From: Raillietiella orientalis
Taxonomy: Eukaryota
Direction: 5' to 3'
DNA length: 64,000 nucleotides
NCBI GenBank assembly: GCA_036172245.1
Contig: JAYWIR010000064.1
Coordinates: forward strand, 62,001-126,000
Below the pieces are notes generated by a model that was given only the letters and a program-made list of their open reading frames with translations, had not been told where the DNA came from and ran no database searches. Position 1 is the first letter of the stretch. Every line of letters begins with the position of its first letter. Made by a program: the position numbers and the translations under genes. Shown piece by piece: positions 27,170-39,346 of the stretch.

Positions 27170-27790
27170 GTTTGGCGTCAGGAGCCTGTCCGTGTGCAGT
27201 CTGGAAGAGGCAGCGGCAACTGGAGGTTTGCTTCTCTCCAGGAGATGAGCCAAGAGCATGCGTCATCCCAGCCGGTCGCGCTGCCCTTGTTAGGCGACTC
27301 GTGAGCTTCTCCATGGCTAGGTCATGGTGTGAGCGCCCCATCTACTCCTCTTCCCCTTCTACGCTTTCCCTTCCGCTTTCCACGACCGATTCACCAAACG
27401 GATCTTGGGAGAAGCTGCGCTGTACCCTTCTGCATTACAGCGCCTGCTGCAGCTTCCTCAAGGACATCGCTACTAGGAAGCTCCTGCCCGTGATGCCGGA
27501 GAAGCAGCTTACAGAGCACCCACCGCCATCATTTGGGTAAGAAACCATAGCACCGCGCTGCGTGAGGCACGTTCGCGTCTGAAGGAGCGGGGCCTGACAC
27601 TCGTTGCACAGGCTGGTTGATCAAGTTCTCTCTTCCAGTAGTCTGAAGTCTGGAGGGACTCCCAGATGAGGCGCCCAAGACTTATCGATGGTGTCTGTTG
27701 GGCAACACATTGGAGGCGCGGTCCCTGCAATGAAAACAAAGGGCGTATTCCGGACTTCAGCTGGAGCTTAGCGATAGGTTCCGAATCCCA
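27170..27790 (+). mobile_element. Degenerate L1/Tx1-like LINE fragment (post-RT region)
   Basis: PAGRAALVRRLVSFSMARSW resembles the post-RT GRxxLxxS motif; IKFSLPV and MKTKG resemble WKFSCTI and TAKG in other copies. Confidence 0.4.
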
Positions 27791-28416
27791 CTGAGGACAG
27801 AACCTAGGAGAGAGTGGGAGGCGAATAGGGAGAGATAATGAATAAATGAATGAAAACTGATGGGAGGCGGGACAGATCGGCGTTCCTGCTGATGAGAATG
27901 GCCCCGGAGGGCCTGCATTTTTTACCGGGTCACACCGAGGTACGCGGGCGTGTTTTCGCTGTTCTCCTGCGGACAACCTTGCTTGCCGCTAGCGCATCGT
28001 TTTCTGGGATCGGTCACGTCGCTAACATGACGATGAAATAGTGGGTCCGCAGCCTGTGAACTGCGGTGCATGTGTGGTGTCCGTCGGTTCACAGTTGTGC
28101 GCTTTGTGAGTGCTCCTGAGTCACGTGCTACGAGGGAGGTCTGCCGCGAAGACTCCCGCAGAGATAATCGCACCAATGCTGGGGCTTGAACGGAAGCGAA
28201 ACTCGGGAAATCCTGAGACGCACTGGTCAGGAGGGCTTCCCAGCAGAGCGGATCGCCAACGGTCAGCAGAACGCAACCCTACGAGACCGGTGGTTATAAC
28301 CTTACGTTGTAATATGTGGACTTTGTTGAACGATTCCTAGAGAATGAACAATGAATAGAACAAGAAATTATTTAAAAGGAATAAAACAAGGAACTAAGTT
28401 CCTTGTGATTCCGAAA

Positions 28417-28433
28417 ACACACACACACACACA
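28417..28433. repeat. (AC)8 microsatellite
   Basis: Seen directly. Confidence 0.85.
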
Positions 28434-28549
28434 TTTCAATCAGGTGGACTCGCCTACTCTCAGGTCAGCTAGAGGAAAATTGCTTGGAAGGCGGCATCGG
28501 CAGGATAAACAAATGGACAAATAATTGGCGGGCAGGGAACGACAGACAC

Positions 28550-29964
28550 AGGGATCCCTGCCCCTCTTCTGCAGCCTTAGTAAGACAGTGGCGTCCATGC
28601 TACTAACTTCCCTTTTCAGTTGGAGCCACCTGTGCGAACCTTCCTGATTGAGAAGGCAGCAATGCAGACGGCCTCTCTTGATCACTGGTGCATCTACAGC
28701 GGGGGGAGGGGCCACGGATGCAACGTAGCGTTGCTCTCCCGGCTGGAGGTCGGTGGCGAACACTGTTTGCGTGTCACCACCGCCGGCTCCCATCTTAAAA
28801 GCTTCCTTCTCCGTTGTATTGCTGCTCTGGTGACAGCAAACACGTCGATTTCCTGCCGTCCTGCGAACACTCCGGTATGGAGGCAAGAGAAAGTGAGAAC
28901 GTGGGCCCAGTTTACCCGGAACCCGCTGCTGAGAGTTTCAGAAGAACAGTGTAAGAACACCGGAGGCGGTGGGTAGTGAGCTGACTATGTTGGCCTACCC
29001 ACCAGCCATCCCCTTCCCCTCAGTGGTGTCCTCCGCTATTGAGGCACCTGCCTACCGGCGAAATGGGAGGTTTCCCGCAAGATCTCGTCCCGCAGGAAGT
29101 CTATTGGTGGCTGGACTCCACGGCACCTGGTTGACGCGGCAACAGCAAGAACCGTCTCCCAAGGACTGGAACGTTGAGACAAACTCTTCTTCATTCAGTT
29201 TGAAGAGCTGGAAGTGCCCCCCGTGTTTATGGATAGAAAGCTGATTCCCCTCAAGTGGCAGCAATCGGCGTTGCTGATGCTGCACTGGGGTCTCCCGTGC
29301 AATGTGCTCCAGCACCACTGGACGAGGGGAAGCGCATCTCCGAACTGTGGCAGGTGTGGAGAGAAGGAGACCTTCCCCCACCTCATAGTGCAGTGCGTCG
29401 CCCTCCGAAACTTGTGGGAACGTTCCTCTGCGTCCCTTTCTCACTTCGTGGGCGGTCCCAGAGACTCCTCGAGGCCCCTCTTTCTGTGGGACGCCATGAC
29501 ATCATCAGCCGCAATCTCAGCTCTGTGCTGCGTGCGCGGTGTCCTCGCTGCGAAATGCGACGCCGAGAGAGGCTGGAGCGACGGGGGAGCTACCCTGCAC
29601 GCCATCCGGCCACCTCAGATAGCTTTGAGGTGGCCCCACCTGGAAAGAGAGAAGGATGAGCTCTCTGGCATCCTTCAACGAATGCAGAGGTCTCACCCAT
29701 CATGAAACATGATCCCTTCCCTTCCCCCCAATTTTTTTTTTGTTATTGTTTTGTTAATCTTTGTTTCGTTAATTCTTTATTGCTTGTTAAAGTTTGTTTT
29801 CCTTTTGTTAAAATTTTGTTTCATCCCCCTTCCCCTTCGTGTACGTGATGGACCTCGCCGGCTCTCCCTCTTTTTTCCTAATGTAATAATTGGAATCGGT
29901 GAACCTTTTGGCTCCATCGATTCCTGCAAAAGGAATAAACGCCCTGGCACACCCGGGTGTGAAA
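28550..29964 (+). mobile_element. L1/Tx1-like LINE, 3' portion (zf-RVT-type C-terminus plus 3' UTR)
   Basis: ORF 29214-29705 has CGRCGEKETFPHLIVQC (CxxC..H..C zinc finger), then a T-rich UTR and terminal AATAAACG-hairpin at 29934-29964. The 5' boundary is approximate. Confidence 0.8.
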
Positions 29965-30099
29965 TCACGCAGGCACAGGCGAACAGTTCTGCCGGAGCAT
30001 CTCCAGGATGCAGAATTGCTGGAGCCAGACGCTCCCACAACCGACGGAGGACGTCACAGTTCATCAGCAGGTGCCGGAGCGATTCGATCGCCACTCACC

Positions 30100-33000
30100 T
30101 GCCACCACGCTCCGAAGATTTGTTCCACCTCGTAACTTTCGCTGCAAGGAAGACTTCAGCGCACGGAGGGCACCAGGGACACCTGAAGGCAGTGTATTCG
30201 ACAATCCAATGCGCCCGATGCGGACAACTGGGTCATGCAGGTGCAATGTGCAAAAATTTCCAGTGACCAAGGGCACAAGTTGAGTCACAGGGACAAAGTG
30301 AGCAAGGCGTCTGCTTCTCGCTTGCAATCGCTTGAGCCTCAGGGTGCGACGGTCGTCCCCAGACACATCCTTGGGCTTATCCCAAGAGCCGGAATTCAGG
30401 AAGTGATGTTGTCACAGAAGGTTAGGAGCATGTCACGACATGTAATACGGAGTCAGAGGTCGAGATGACCTCCATAAACGAAAATACTTAAAAGGAAGCA
30501 TGCAATGCTGCAGTAACCCCGCTGGCATTGCAGTCTTCGTGTAAATCGATGGAGGCTGAAGTTTCGAAATGAAGCGGAAGTTCAAGAGGAGGTCATTCCG
30601 GTCTGGCGACGCTTTCGGCAATGTCCGACTCCAAAATGGAGTGCGGCGGCACCACGAACTCGCCACAACCATGCTTCGTACTTCGTTCCGAAGCGCACAG
30701 AAGCCGAAAGCGAAGGGTGGCAAGGCGAGAACGGCAGAGGTAAGTCATCCTGGTGCATCGTCGGGATGGAGGGAGTCTGCGCGGCTTGCCTTTCAAACTT
30801 TCTGGAAGCTGACGCCAGTCCTTCATGTAGGATCCAGGACTGTGCGGCTGCACGGTGCCCTCCGGAGAACAAAAGGGAGAGCGAATCCGAGCGGACTTCC
30901 GGGATTTAGAGGTAGCACTAGCCTCTTCGCACATGCTCCGCCTGGCTTTGTGAAACATCAACGGCTACATGGAACGACGCGAAGAGGTGCGCTCGCCAGA
31001 TTTTCGAGAACTTCCGATCCCTTCTTGTTGTAGGAAACGCACAGATAGTCTACGCAGACAACACGCGAGGTCGAACACTTCCCATGAGGAACCCTTGAGG
31101 CACATGTACATGCGAGGTCGCATTTCTCCTGAAGTCACACATGCGGCAGGCAGTGAGAAGCGCCCGTTTGGACGAGGGCGGCCCGCTAGGTCCAGTGGAC
31201 TAGCTCGTACTCCAGTGGTTCGACTCGATCGCCCTTCCCTAGCGAACGTTTACGAACCTTCGACTCACAAGTTCACCGAAAGAGGGTGGAGTTGCTGGAG
31301 GTGCTCTGTTGGGACTGGCTGCACTCAACAAACTCGGGAGAAGTGTACCTCATGGGAGATTCCAATGTCCTCTCTCAGATGAGGCACGGCTGCCAGACTC
31401 TGGTCAAAAGTCAACAGGCTGTGTACAGAAATGCACACCACAAACCTTTGGCAGACGAACATGTATGCTCAGCTCCACCGACCACGTGTTCCTTGACGAC
31501 CAGCAGAGTCGGCAAGGACAAATGCGATCTACCTTGTCGGATCACCCCTGAATGGATTCCACCTGGAGAGGTTCCCCCTGAAACAAAGACCTGGAGGATA
31601 CCAGACGGATGGATCAGCTATCCGGAAGACCAAGAAGAACTCCGAACCTTCCTGAAGTGCTACTCTGGCAGCACTGACTATAGTGAGAGACTGTTGGATG
31701 ATATTAAAAATTTCGTGTGCCTCTTCTGCGGGCAAACTTCTCCACCACTTCTCCCTGCAGGCTTCGTCGGAAGACAGACGCGCAGAGAAGCCTTCCTGTT
31801 TCTACCAGACGTTTTCAGAAAGTTTACTGAAAGAACCAGTAAACATACCAGAGTCATAGGACCCTACCAAGTCCCAGAGAAACCTCCCTGAAAGACCACA
31901 TAGGTGGCAGAAAGCCGGATGGTAGACTCCTCGCAGGGCGAGATGCGCTAATGGAGAGACCTGCTAAACTCGGAAGGCCGAGTATGCACCTCGCGGAAGC
32001 ACTACGATGCATGGTAAGAAAATACTACTCTCACCGGTGGACGAGGACACCTTTTGACCAGAGCTGCACCACATAGCTCTTCGAGGTCCTTATGCGCAGG
32101 ATCTTGGAGGATTCTAATCGGCTTGATGTACCCTTCATGATTATAGAAATCGCAGCTGCTGTGGAAGAGCTCAAAACAAGAGCTGCACCAGCTGCAGACG
32201 GGCTGCCCACAGAGTTTTTCCAATTCTTCGAGGCATAACTAGCGCCCTTGCTGCACAAACTAGCACTGCTGATCCGGAAAGCAGAACAAGTGTCTGCCTC
32301 TTTCCCACCTAAAAAGAGACCTGAGCTGTTTAAGCTACTGGGGTCTCATCACTATCGTGAAAACGGACGTAAAGTCGCTCTCTTAGGTGTGGGGTGTGCA
32401 AATAGGGCAGTTGGAGGGATGTATAATCATCCCGGAGCAAACCATACAGTTCAAGAACCAACATGGAGGCCAACCTGCTCTACGGCCACACCTAGTTCGG
32501 ACAGCAGGAAGGAGAAGCCACAGCCTTTTCTAAAAAGAGTGCGAGCTAGGTGAAGGGTTCACGTGGGGTTCCACCCGAGGAAGGAACACTGGTTGTTGCA
32601 GTCGATCTTCAAAAGACTTTCTGCTACGTCGATCAGCAGCTCCTTCTCAAGCTGCTGGAACGGTTTGGTTTTCCAGTCAGCCTCCTCAGCTACCTGCGCT
32701 CGCTGTGGTGCAAAGCCGAAATTTCGATCTCTTTTGGAGGCCTGCTCACCGAAGGCATTAAAGTCAGCCGGGAAATTCGACAGGACTCGATGCTCTGCAA
32801 CCTGTTCTTTGAACTGGAGCTGGACGCATGCTGGCGTATTCCAGCCTGCCACCCACCGCCCTTGAAACTACGACGACATGCTGCGACCTACGCCGATGCA
32901 TTGCTCTTTTGTATGCTCGGACCCTGGCAGCCGCATTCCAGAAGTCCTTCGATTTCATTCGCAAGGGTGCTGACGCCCATGCCAACTGGAAGAAGTAGAA

Positions 33001-34130
33001 AGTGGAAAGTAGAAAGCGGGTGGCCAAGCTGACCAGGACCAACAACTGGATCTTATGCCGGCCCGCGAACGGTAGACTGGTTGCAGGAAACCGCACATGG
33101 GCCAAGAACAGCGAAGCGAGCCTGGAGATGCGGCAGCGACTGCTGCACTCCTTCTACAACAACCGCTCGCTTCAAGACGTCATTGTGCAGCCCACCACGT
33201 GAACGTGAGAGCGGAGAAACACCCTAGCTGCGGCACTACCCTCTTTCAGGAAGCACCTGGACAGTAACCAGCTGGTCAGATGGGAAGTCAGTTGCGAACT
33301 CAGTCAGAAGACGAGGGAACTAGGTGGTTGAACAATGGGCCAGACCACGGACGCTGCGACTCCAAGTGCCACACCGAAGGGACTACTGCACTGGGGCGAG
33401 CCGCCGGAAATCCCACAGGAAGACCTCGAGTGGCCCCCAGAGCTGAAGAACAACCGGGTTCTTCCTCTGAAGTGGAAGGAGTCGGCACTTCTGCTGTTGC
33501 ATTGGAGTATCCCGTGCAATGTCTGCCGGTCTCACTGGACCTGGGGGGCTGTGGACTCGGACTGCTGCAGGTGAGGAACAAGAATCCCTCCTGCACCTGT
33601 TCGTGGACTGCCTTGCCCTCCGGTCCCTGGGTTTGCGTTACGCAACGCCCTTTGGTACACCGACGGACAATCCTAGGGACGTGATGAAACGTCTCTTCGT
33701 GCGCGATGCCCTTTCTCCTGCCGCATGCCCAGCAGCTCTTTTCTGCAGCCTACGCGGGATTGTGGCGGACTGGAGCTGGACGAGAGAAGGATGGCGCGAT
33801 AGGGAAGCCCACTGTTTCGACCTGAGCTTCCTCCGAACGGCAGCTAGATGGCGCCGCCTGGGGTATACTCGGATGGAACTTGCGAGTATCCTGGAAAGGA
33901 TGCAGAGAACGCCCTGCAGTACTCGGTGATGCTTTTCCTAATCCTCTCGATTTTTTTTTATATTTTTTTGTTTTATTTTTATTCCTGTTTGCCCCCTCCT
34001 CTATCGAGGAGAATTTCGCCTGCTTGCTTGCCGGTTACTCGGCAGGTTCCGGACGATGTAGTGCCGATGGGACTACACATGTATGTTTATTATTTTTATA
34101 ATAAACGCCCAGACGTTACTGGATGTTAAA
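30100..34130 (+). mobile_element. Near full-length but inactivated L1/Tx1-like non-LTR retrotransposon
   Basis: In order: CCHC knuckle CARCGQLGHAGAMC (30210-30251); APE motifs LANVYEP, LMGDSN, STDHVF, LSDH; RT motifs APAADGLPTEFF, VDLQKTF, IRQDSMLCNLFF, YADA (32889-32900); C-terminal zinc-finger region; terminal AATAAACG-hairpin (34100-34130). Many stops and frameshifts. Confidence 0.88.
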
Positions 34131-34137
34131 CCAAGCT

Positions 34138-34560
34138 GGTTACTTTACTGAAGCAGTCCCTTTGGCTGGAAACGAGAAGTGGGGGCACTCGCTCGTCTTG
34201 CGGTCGCCCAGGAGTTTTTCAACTCCCGCAATCTTGCAGGAGAACTTCCACTTCGCCGATTGGCTGCTGTCATTTCTTGCTCTGAGGTCAGACAGCGCTC
34301 TAGCAAGAGGTGAAACAGCTAACGGGGACCATTGCGTCCAATCTTGCAGAAGCTCTCCCAGCGGTTTGCGTAGGACACCATGCAGCGGTCGCAGTTCTGG
34401 GCGCACCTTTAGACAGGCGGCCCAGAACTTCAGAGCCTCTGGTGCCAGGTATTCCAGTGTAAGGGGTGTCAGGAGATCCACAACGCCACCAAGTATTTCA
34501 ATCGGATCCGGGAATCACCAATCAGGAGTGGCGCCCTTGAGGCTCTGCACCCTTCCGGCA
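34138..34560 (-). mobile_element. L1/Tx1-like LINE internal fragment in inverted orientation
   Basis: ORF 34140-34481 LARALSDLRARNDSSQSAKWKFSCKIAG aligns with LAEALFALRARGDRSHPERWKFSCTIAG (63018-63332). Confidence 0.7.
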
Positions 34561-35150
34561 TAGCTTTGGGCCGTCACTATCCCATGGGAGCAGCAGGGAG
34601 CTTCGATCTCCGCGGCAGGCGACGGCAATTCTCTGAGCATGAAGAGAGCCTTGACGAGGATTCTCGGGCTGCCCATTGAGAGACTGGAAAAAAAACTGAG
34701 CAACTTGCAGTCCTTCGCCTGTGCGTGGGCAATTCAGGGCTCCCTCTCAGATAGCAACAAGGAGATCTGTAAGTATGACGTTGCATCTGCAGCGTAGCGA
34801 CGACCCGCGACGAACAGGAAAAGGCAACGAGAAGCCAGCATCATAGCTGTCTCCTTGCTGGAGAGCGAGGCGAGGTGGTCTTATCTGAAAGATAAATTCC
34901 AGGGGGAAGTCTTCTGCATCCTGCGCAGGCTGAAGTAGGCATGGAGTGTTCATACCAGTGACTCTTTGTCCCTTCCAACCTCACATATGTTTTTCTTCAA
35001 TCAATTTTTGTCGCTTGCCCTTTACTGCTTTCACGACCCAACCTTGCAACCGACCTGGCAGTTCAGTTCCTCAGCTCAGTTTCTTCCTCTGCATCTTATT
35101 GCTTTCTCTGTGTCGATTTTTTAATAAACGAGAAGTGCATCCTCTTCTGG
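34561..35150 (+). mobile_element. L1/Tx1-like LINE 3' end, divergent subfamily
   Basis: Manual translation REASIIAVSLLESEARWSYLKDKFQGEVFCILRRLK* aligns with REAHCFDLSFLRTAARWRRLGYTRMELASILERMQR; UTR ends AATAAACG-AGAAG..CTTCT. Confidence 0.65.
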
Positions 35151-35169
35151 AGGCCTCCGGACCAGGCTT

Positions 35170-35680
35170 CTGCAGGGCACAAGTCTCCAAGGGGCATTAC
35201 ATGGCATGCTACCGAGCTGCTCACGGAGATCCCCAAGAGGATGATATACGGCTGCCATGCTCACAGTCACACCGACGGAAACCCTCTTCGGCTTCATGCT
35301 GCTTCTGCGCATGTTCCCTCTTCGATGAGCCAGCTAGAAGAACTCCTCTGGAAAGGTTTCCCGAGCAGCATAGGCAACAGGGGAAGAATACCCAAAGAGC
35401 AGAAACATGTCAGGGTCACCAGAGTTTTCCTGAATGCGTCCAACGCCAACTCGAAGAGGAAGCTGACCAGCGACACTCGCCCCGCCTTATCCCTGCATCT
35501 CATGATCACGCTGTAGACGTGACGACCTCAGAAACAGGCATTCATAATTACGTATCGTGCCAAGCAGAGAGCTCTTTGGCAAGAGCAGGTAGACCAGCTG
35601 GGTTCACGGGATAACTTAAGCATTCCTGAGGCTCCAGAAGCAGTTTCTGGTTCAGGGGCATGCTGGTTTGTCCACAATTT
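35170..35680 (-). mobile_element. L1/Tx1-like RT fragment
   Basis: SFLFELALDAFRK matches NLFFELELDACWR of the 32550-33032 RT; QKLLLEPQECLSYPV resembles QQLLLKLLERFGFPV. Confidence 0.55.
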
Positions 35681-36628
35681 TCATGAAATTCCTCTTTCCT
35701 CCATGTTTTCGTTCAGGGCATTACGTCTCACCTCGCATGCAGGCGGAAGCAATTGGGAACGCGCTCACACCCTTCCCCCATTTTGGAGACAGCTCGCAAG
35801 TGGGAGAGGGTTTCCAGCGAGGGGGCAGCCAGCTACCACGAAGTGCACGTTCGTGTAAAGAGATCCTTAGGGCACTGAAGTGTCCCACGGTGATGTGCTC
35901 TTGTCTCTGCTGCAGTCTCCAGAGACTAACATGTGCGGTTGTGTATCCATCATCTTGCAAAAACCTGGATAAAAACCATGGTATGTGGAAGTTGTATCGG
36001 GCAGCTGACCTTTACAGAGGGGTATAAATGAACTCTCGGGCGTATATGAGCTGTTGCATGATTCTCGGTTTCTCTAAGCATAAGTGACTTTTGACAAAAA
36101 GATACTTTCACAGATAATGCTTATCATCTACTACCACAAAATATACACTATTATGCAGCAAATGAGCATCTCAATAAATTAAGTCGTGCTTTATTTGCTA
36201 AGATGAGAATCTAATTAATTACTGCGTCAACAACAGGTAGAGGCATAAATGAATTCCATCAAACAGCACACTGATTAATTCAAAATTGACATATTGCGCA
36301 ATATCCTGACCATGCATGTCCACAGTCTCATCTGGATTTGAGTGTGAAGCCGTGAACAGCTTGGAAGATTTTCTTGTGTTTTCCCAATTTGGCAAGCACG
36401 CCTTCTGTCGGAGAACGTTCGGATAAGAGTCGCAGCTGCTTCTCTTTCTCTTTCCAGATCAACTCACTCCTACATTCAGTGTGTAGGAAGAATGCTTTTT
36501 TTTCTCGCTATGTTGGCTCTTTGGAGGAACGTGAGGCTATGGATGAGAATGTTCTTAATTTACAATTGCAAATACACACAACTAATGGAAAAGTTTGCGA
36601 AAGTATATACACAAACAGGGTCTCTTTA

Positions 36629-37387
36629 TTTTCACCCGATCACGCCAGGGCGTTTATTTCAAAAGAAATATTTACAATAAAAACAGCCACATAAAATAAA
36701 AAAAAAATGTCATTTCCCTTCGTAGTGGGTCCACATCACAACTACGAAGGGAGATGCCTCGGAGGAACTGCTTCTCGTGATCAGCTCTCCGACTGGGTCC
36801 GCACAGGAGGGGTGAGGGGAAGGGATGAGCACAAACAAATGAAAAACACAAAACTTCAGTTTCAAAATGTTTGAGGGGAGGGGGGGAGGAGAGAGGGATC
36901 GCAGATTTCTTCCTGGCGTCCTCAGCATCCTCTGGAGGATGCTGGCAACGTCCTTCTTTTGTTGGAGGAGATGTTGCCATTTTGCCGCCACCCTCCTCAT
37001 GAAGGAGCAGGCGATTGCAATGGCCTCCTTGTTCGACTGGCCTCTTTCGGTGAGGTTTCTCGACTCCACGATCCCAGGAAGGCAGCCTGTATTTTGGAGC
37101 TGCCAGGGAGGAAGCTGCAGGCGAGATCGCGTCGCGCGCGCGAAGAGGCGCCTCAAGACCTCTCTGCCGTTGCTCGTCGGGAGCGGGAGGGCCGCAGCGA
37201 AGCGTTCCCGGACATCCAGGAGGGCAACAACACAATCCAACAACAGGCGCGGGAAGGTTTCCCGTTCCCCTCACCTGGCACAGTCTGGGACTGCACTCCC
37301 TGTTGACCATTGGTGGACTCGAGCGTTGCATGGGATCCCCCAGCACAACTGCCAATTCGGGGGCAGCGCGGAGCTGTCCTTTAAGGA
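36629..37387 (-). mobile_element. 5'-truncated L1/Tx1-like LINE insertion
   Basis: ORF 36710-37243 (RLFARA..KEAIAIACSFMRRVAAKWQHL..DVASILQRMLRTP) matches the family C-terminus; ends AATAAACGCCCTGGCGTGATCGGGTGAAAA; candidate TSD AGGGTYTCTTTA (36617-36628 and 37388-37399). Confidence 0.8.
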
Positions 37388-38533
37388 AGGGTTTCTTTAG
37401 GGTCGCTCTACCGAGCGCCCTGTGGCACGATCCGTTGTTAAATTGTGGAAAATTTCAACTCAACGAAATTCAACGCAGCAGGTCGAATCATTTTCGGAGT
37501 ATTCACCGCTGGTTGTGAATTCATCATCACTCTTGCAGCGCAGAGCAACAGGAGCGTTGTTGCACTGTGCACTCGCTCTACACGAAATGTGACACGCGAG
37601 TGTGATTGTGGTTTCCACGCATCGTGATTGGTTTCCTCCGCTCAGTCTGTGTTATCCATAAGATCAGATGAGGAATGCCGTGACTTGAGTGATCTTGATT
37701 TTGTTTCTGCTGCATCCTGGAATCCCTACATCTCGATCAGTGTGCGCTCCTGAGCTTGCGTTTCCTGCCAGATCGAGTCCTTCCCATTGCTGTGCTTATC
37801 CATCGAACATCCAGGTGAGTCCATTTGTAGGACCTGTGGTGGTTCTTCCACAAGCAACGCGTCTTTCAGTATCATGTTCTGATAATACCAGAGATAACCA
37901 CCGAATGTGTATCTCAGAGAAATAATCACATTCTCTACGCAGGCTGTGGCTTCCACATTTATAATCTCCATTGCTGTGTCCATGCGGGATTATTTATTTA
38001 ATTCTAAGGAAGATGAAAGTAATAAGAAAAGAATGCAGAGAACAAAAAGCGTGTGTATCGCTATATACAGTTTTCAAACAACTCTATATCCACAAGTTTG
38101 TAGCTTTGTAGAGACAATAAACGAAACAATGAATCCGGAAGACAGTCATGGCAAAGATGCAGAAGGCTGCAGATTCACGGTTTTTACGTATTCCAGTTTT
38201 TCTGGTCGAATGCTTTTTCTTCTTTCCTTCTCCAACAACAACAACAAAACTTTCCTTTCTTACAAGATGCAATTGCATTTTCAAGTAGTAGGCAAGTTTA
38301 GCCAATGATAGTTGCGTTCCTGAGGATGCTGAACGTAGTTCACCGCTTGAACCTTACCACATAGTTTAGTGACTTTCCTATGAAGAAACACTTATATGAA
38401 TGTCACTATGAATCATAAACAAATGGACCCGTACAAATAAATGCAGACATTCTAATACAACTTGTCCTTTGCCAGAATGATCTCCTTGAAGCTGAGAAGT
38501 TGGGATGTGCGGTGCACGACCATACGAAATAGT

Positions 38534-39346
38534 CGCGGACCACGGGCCAGCTCGCAAACGCTGCAACCCCAAGTACCATACCAAAGGGACTACTGCGCTG
38601 GAACGAGCCGCCGGAAATCCTACAGGAAGACCTCGAGTGGCCCCCAGAGCTGAAGAACAACCGGGTTCTTCCTCTGAAGTGGAAGGAGTCGGCACTTCTG
38701 CTGTTGCATTGGAGTATCCCGTGCAATGTCCGCCGGTCTCACTGGACCTGGGGGGCTGTGGACTCGGACTGCTGCAGGTGAGGAACAAGAATCCCTCCTG
38801 CACCTGTTCGTGGACTGCCTTGCCCTCCGGTCCCTGGGTTTGCGTTACGCAACGCCCTTTGGTACACCGACGGACAATCCTAGGGACGTGATGAAACGTC
38901 TCTTCGTGCGCGATGCCCTTTCTCCTGCCGCATGCCCAGCAGCTCTTTTCTGCAGCCTACGCGGGATTGTGGCGGACTGGAGCTGGACGAGAGAAGGATG
39001 GCGCGATAGGGAAGCCCACTGTTTCGACCTGAGCTTCCTCCGAACGGCAGCTAGATGGCGCCGCCTGGGGTATACTCGGATGGAACTTGCGAGTATCCTG
39101 GAAAGGATGCAGAGAACGCCCTGCAGTACTCGGTGATGCTTTCCTTAATCCTCCCAATTTTTTTATATATTTTTTTGTTTTATTTTTATTCCTGTTTGCC
39201 CCCCCTCCTCTGCCGAAGCGAACCTCGCCGGCCTGCGTGCCGGCTACTCGGCAGGTTCCGAGCGTTTTCAGACAATGTAGGGCCGATGGCCCTTCGCATG
39301 CACGTTTATTTTTTGTAACGAACGTCCCGGCGTGACCAGGTGATAA
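38534..39346 (+). mobile_element. 5'-truncated L1/Tx1-like LINE insertion with 15-bp TSD
   Basis: Homologous to ~33330-34130; TSD ACCATACGRAATAGT at 38519-38533 and 39347-39361. Confidence 0.9.

Noticed and set aside
16820..27900. Hammerhead ribozymes at CTGATGA motifs (~16824, ~27889)
   Set aside because: No stem II followed by GAAA in the required geometry.
33266..34140. AACCAGCTGGT / AACCAAGCTGGT as TSD of the long LINE copy
   Set aside because: Element homology continues upstream of 33266 through RT and APE, so the match is probably coincidental.
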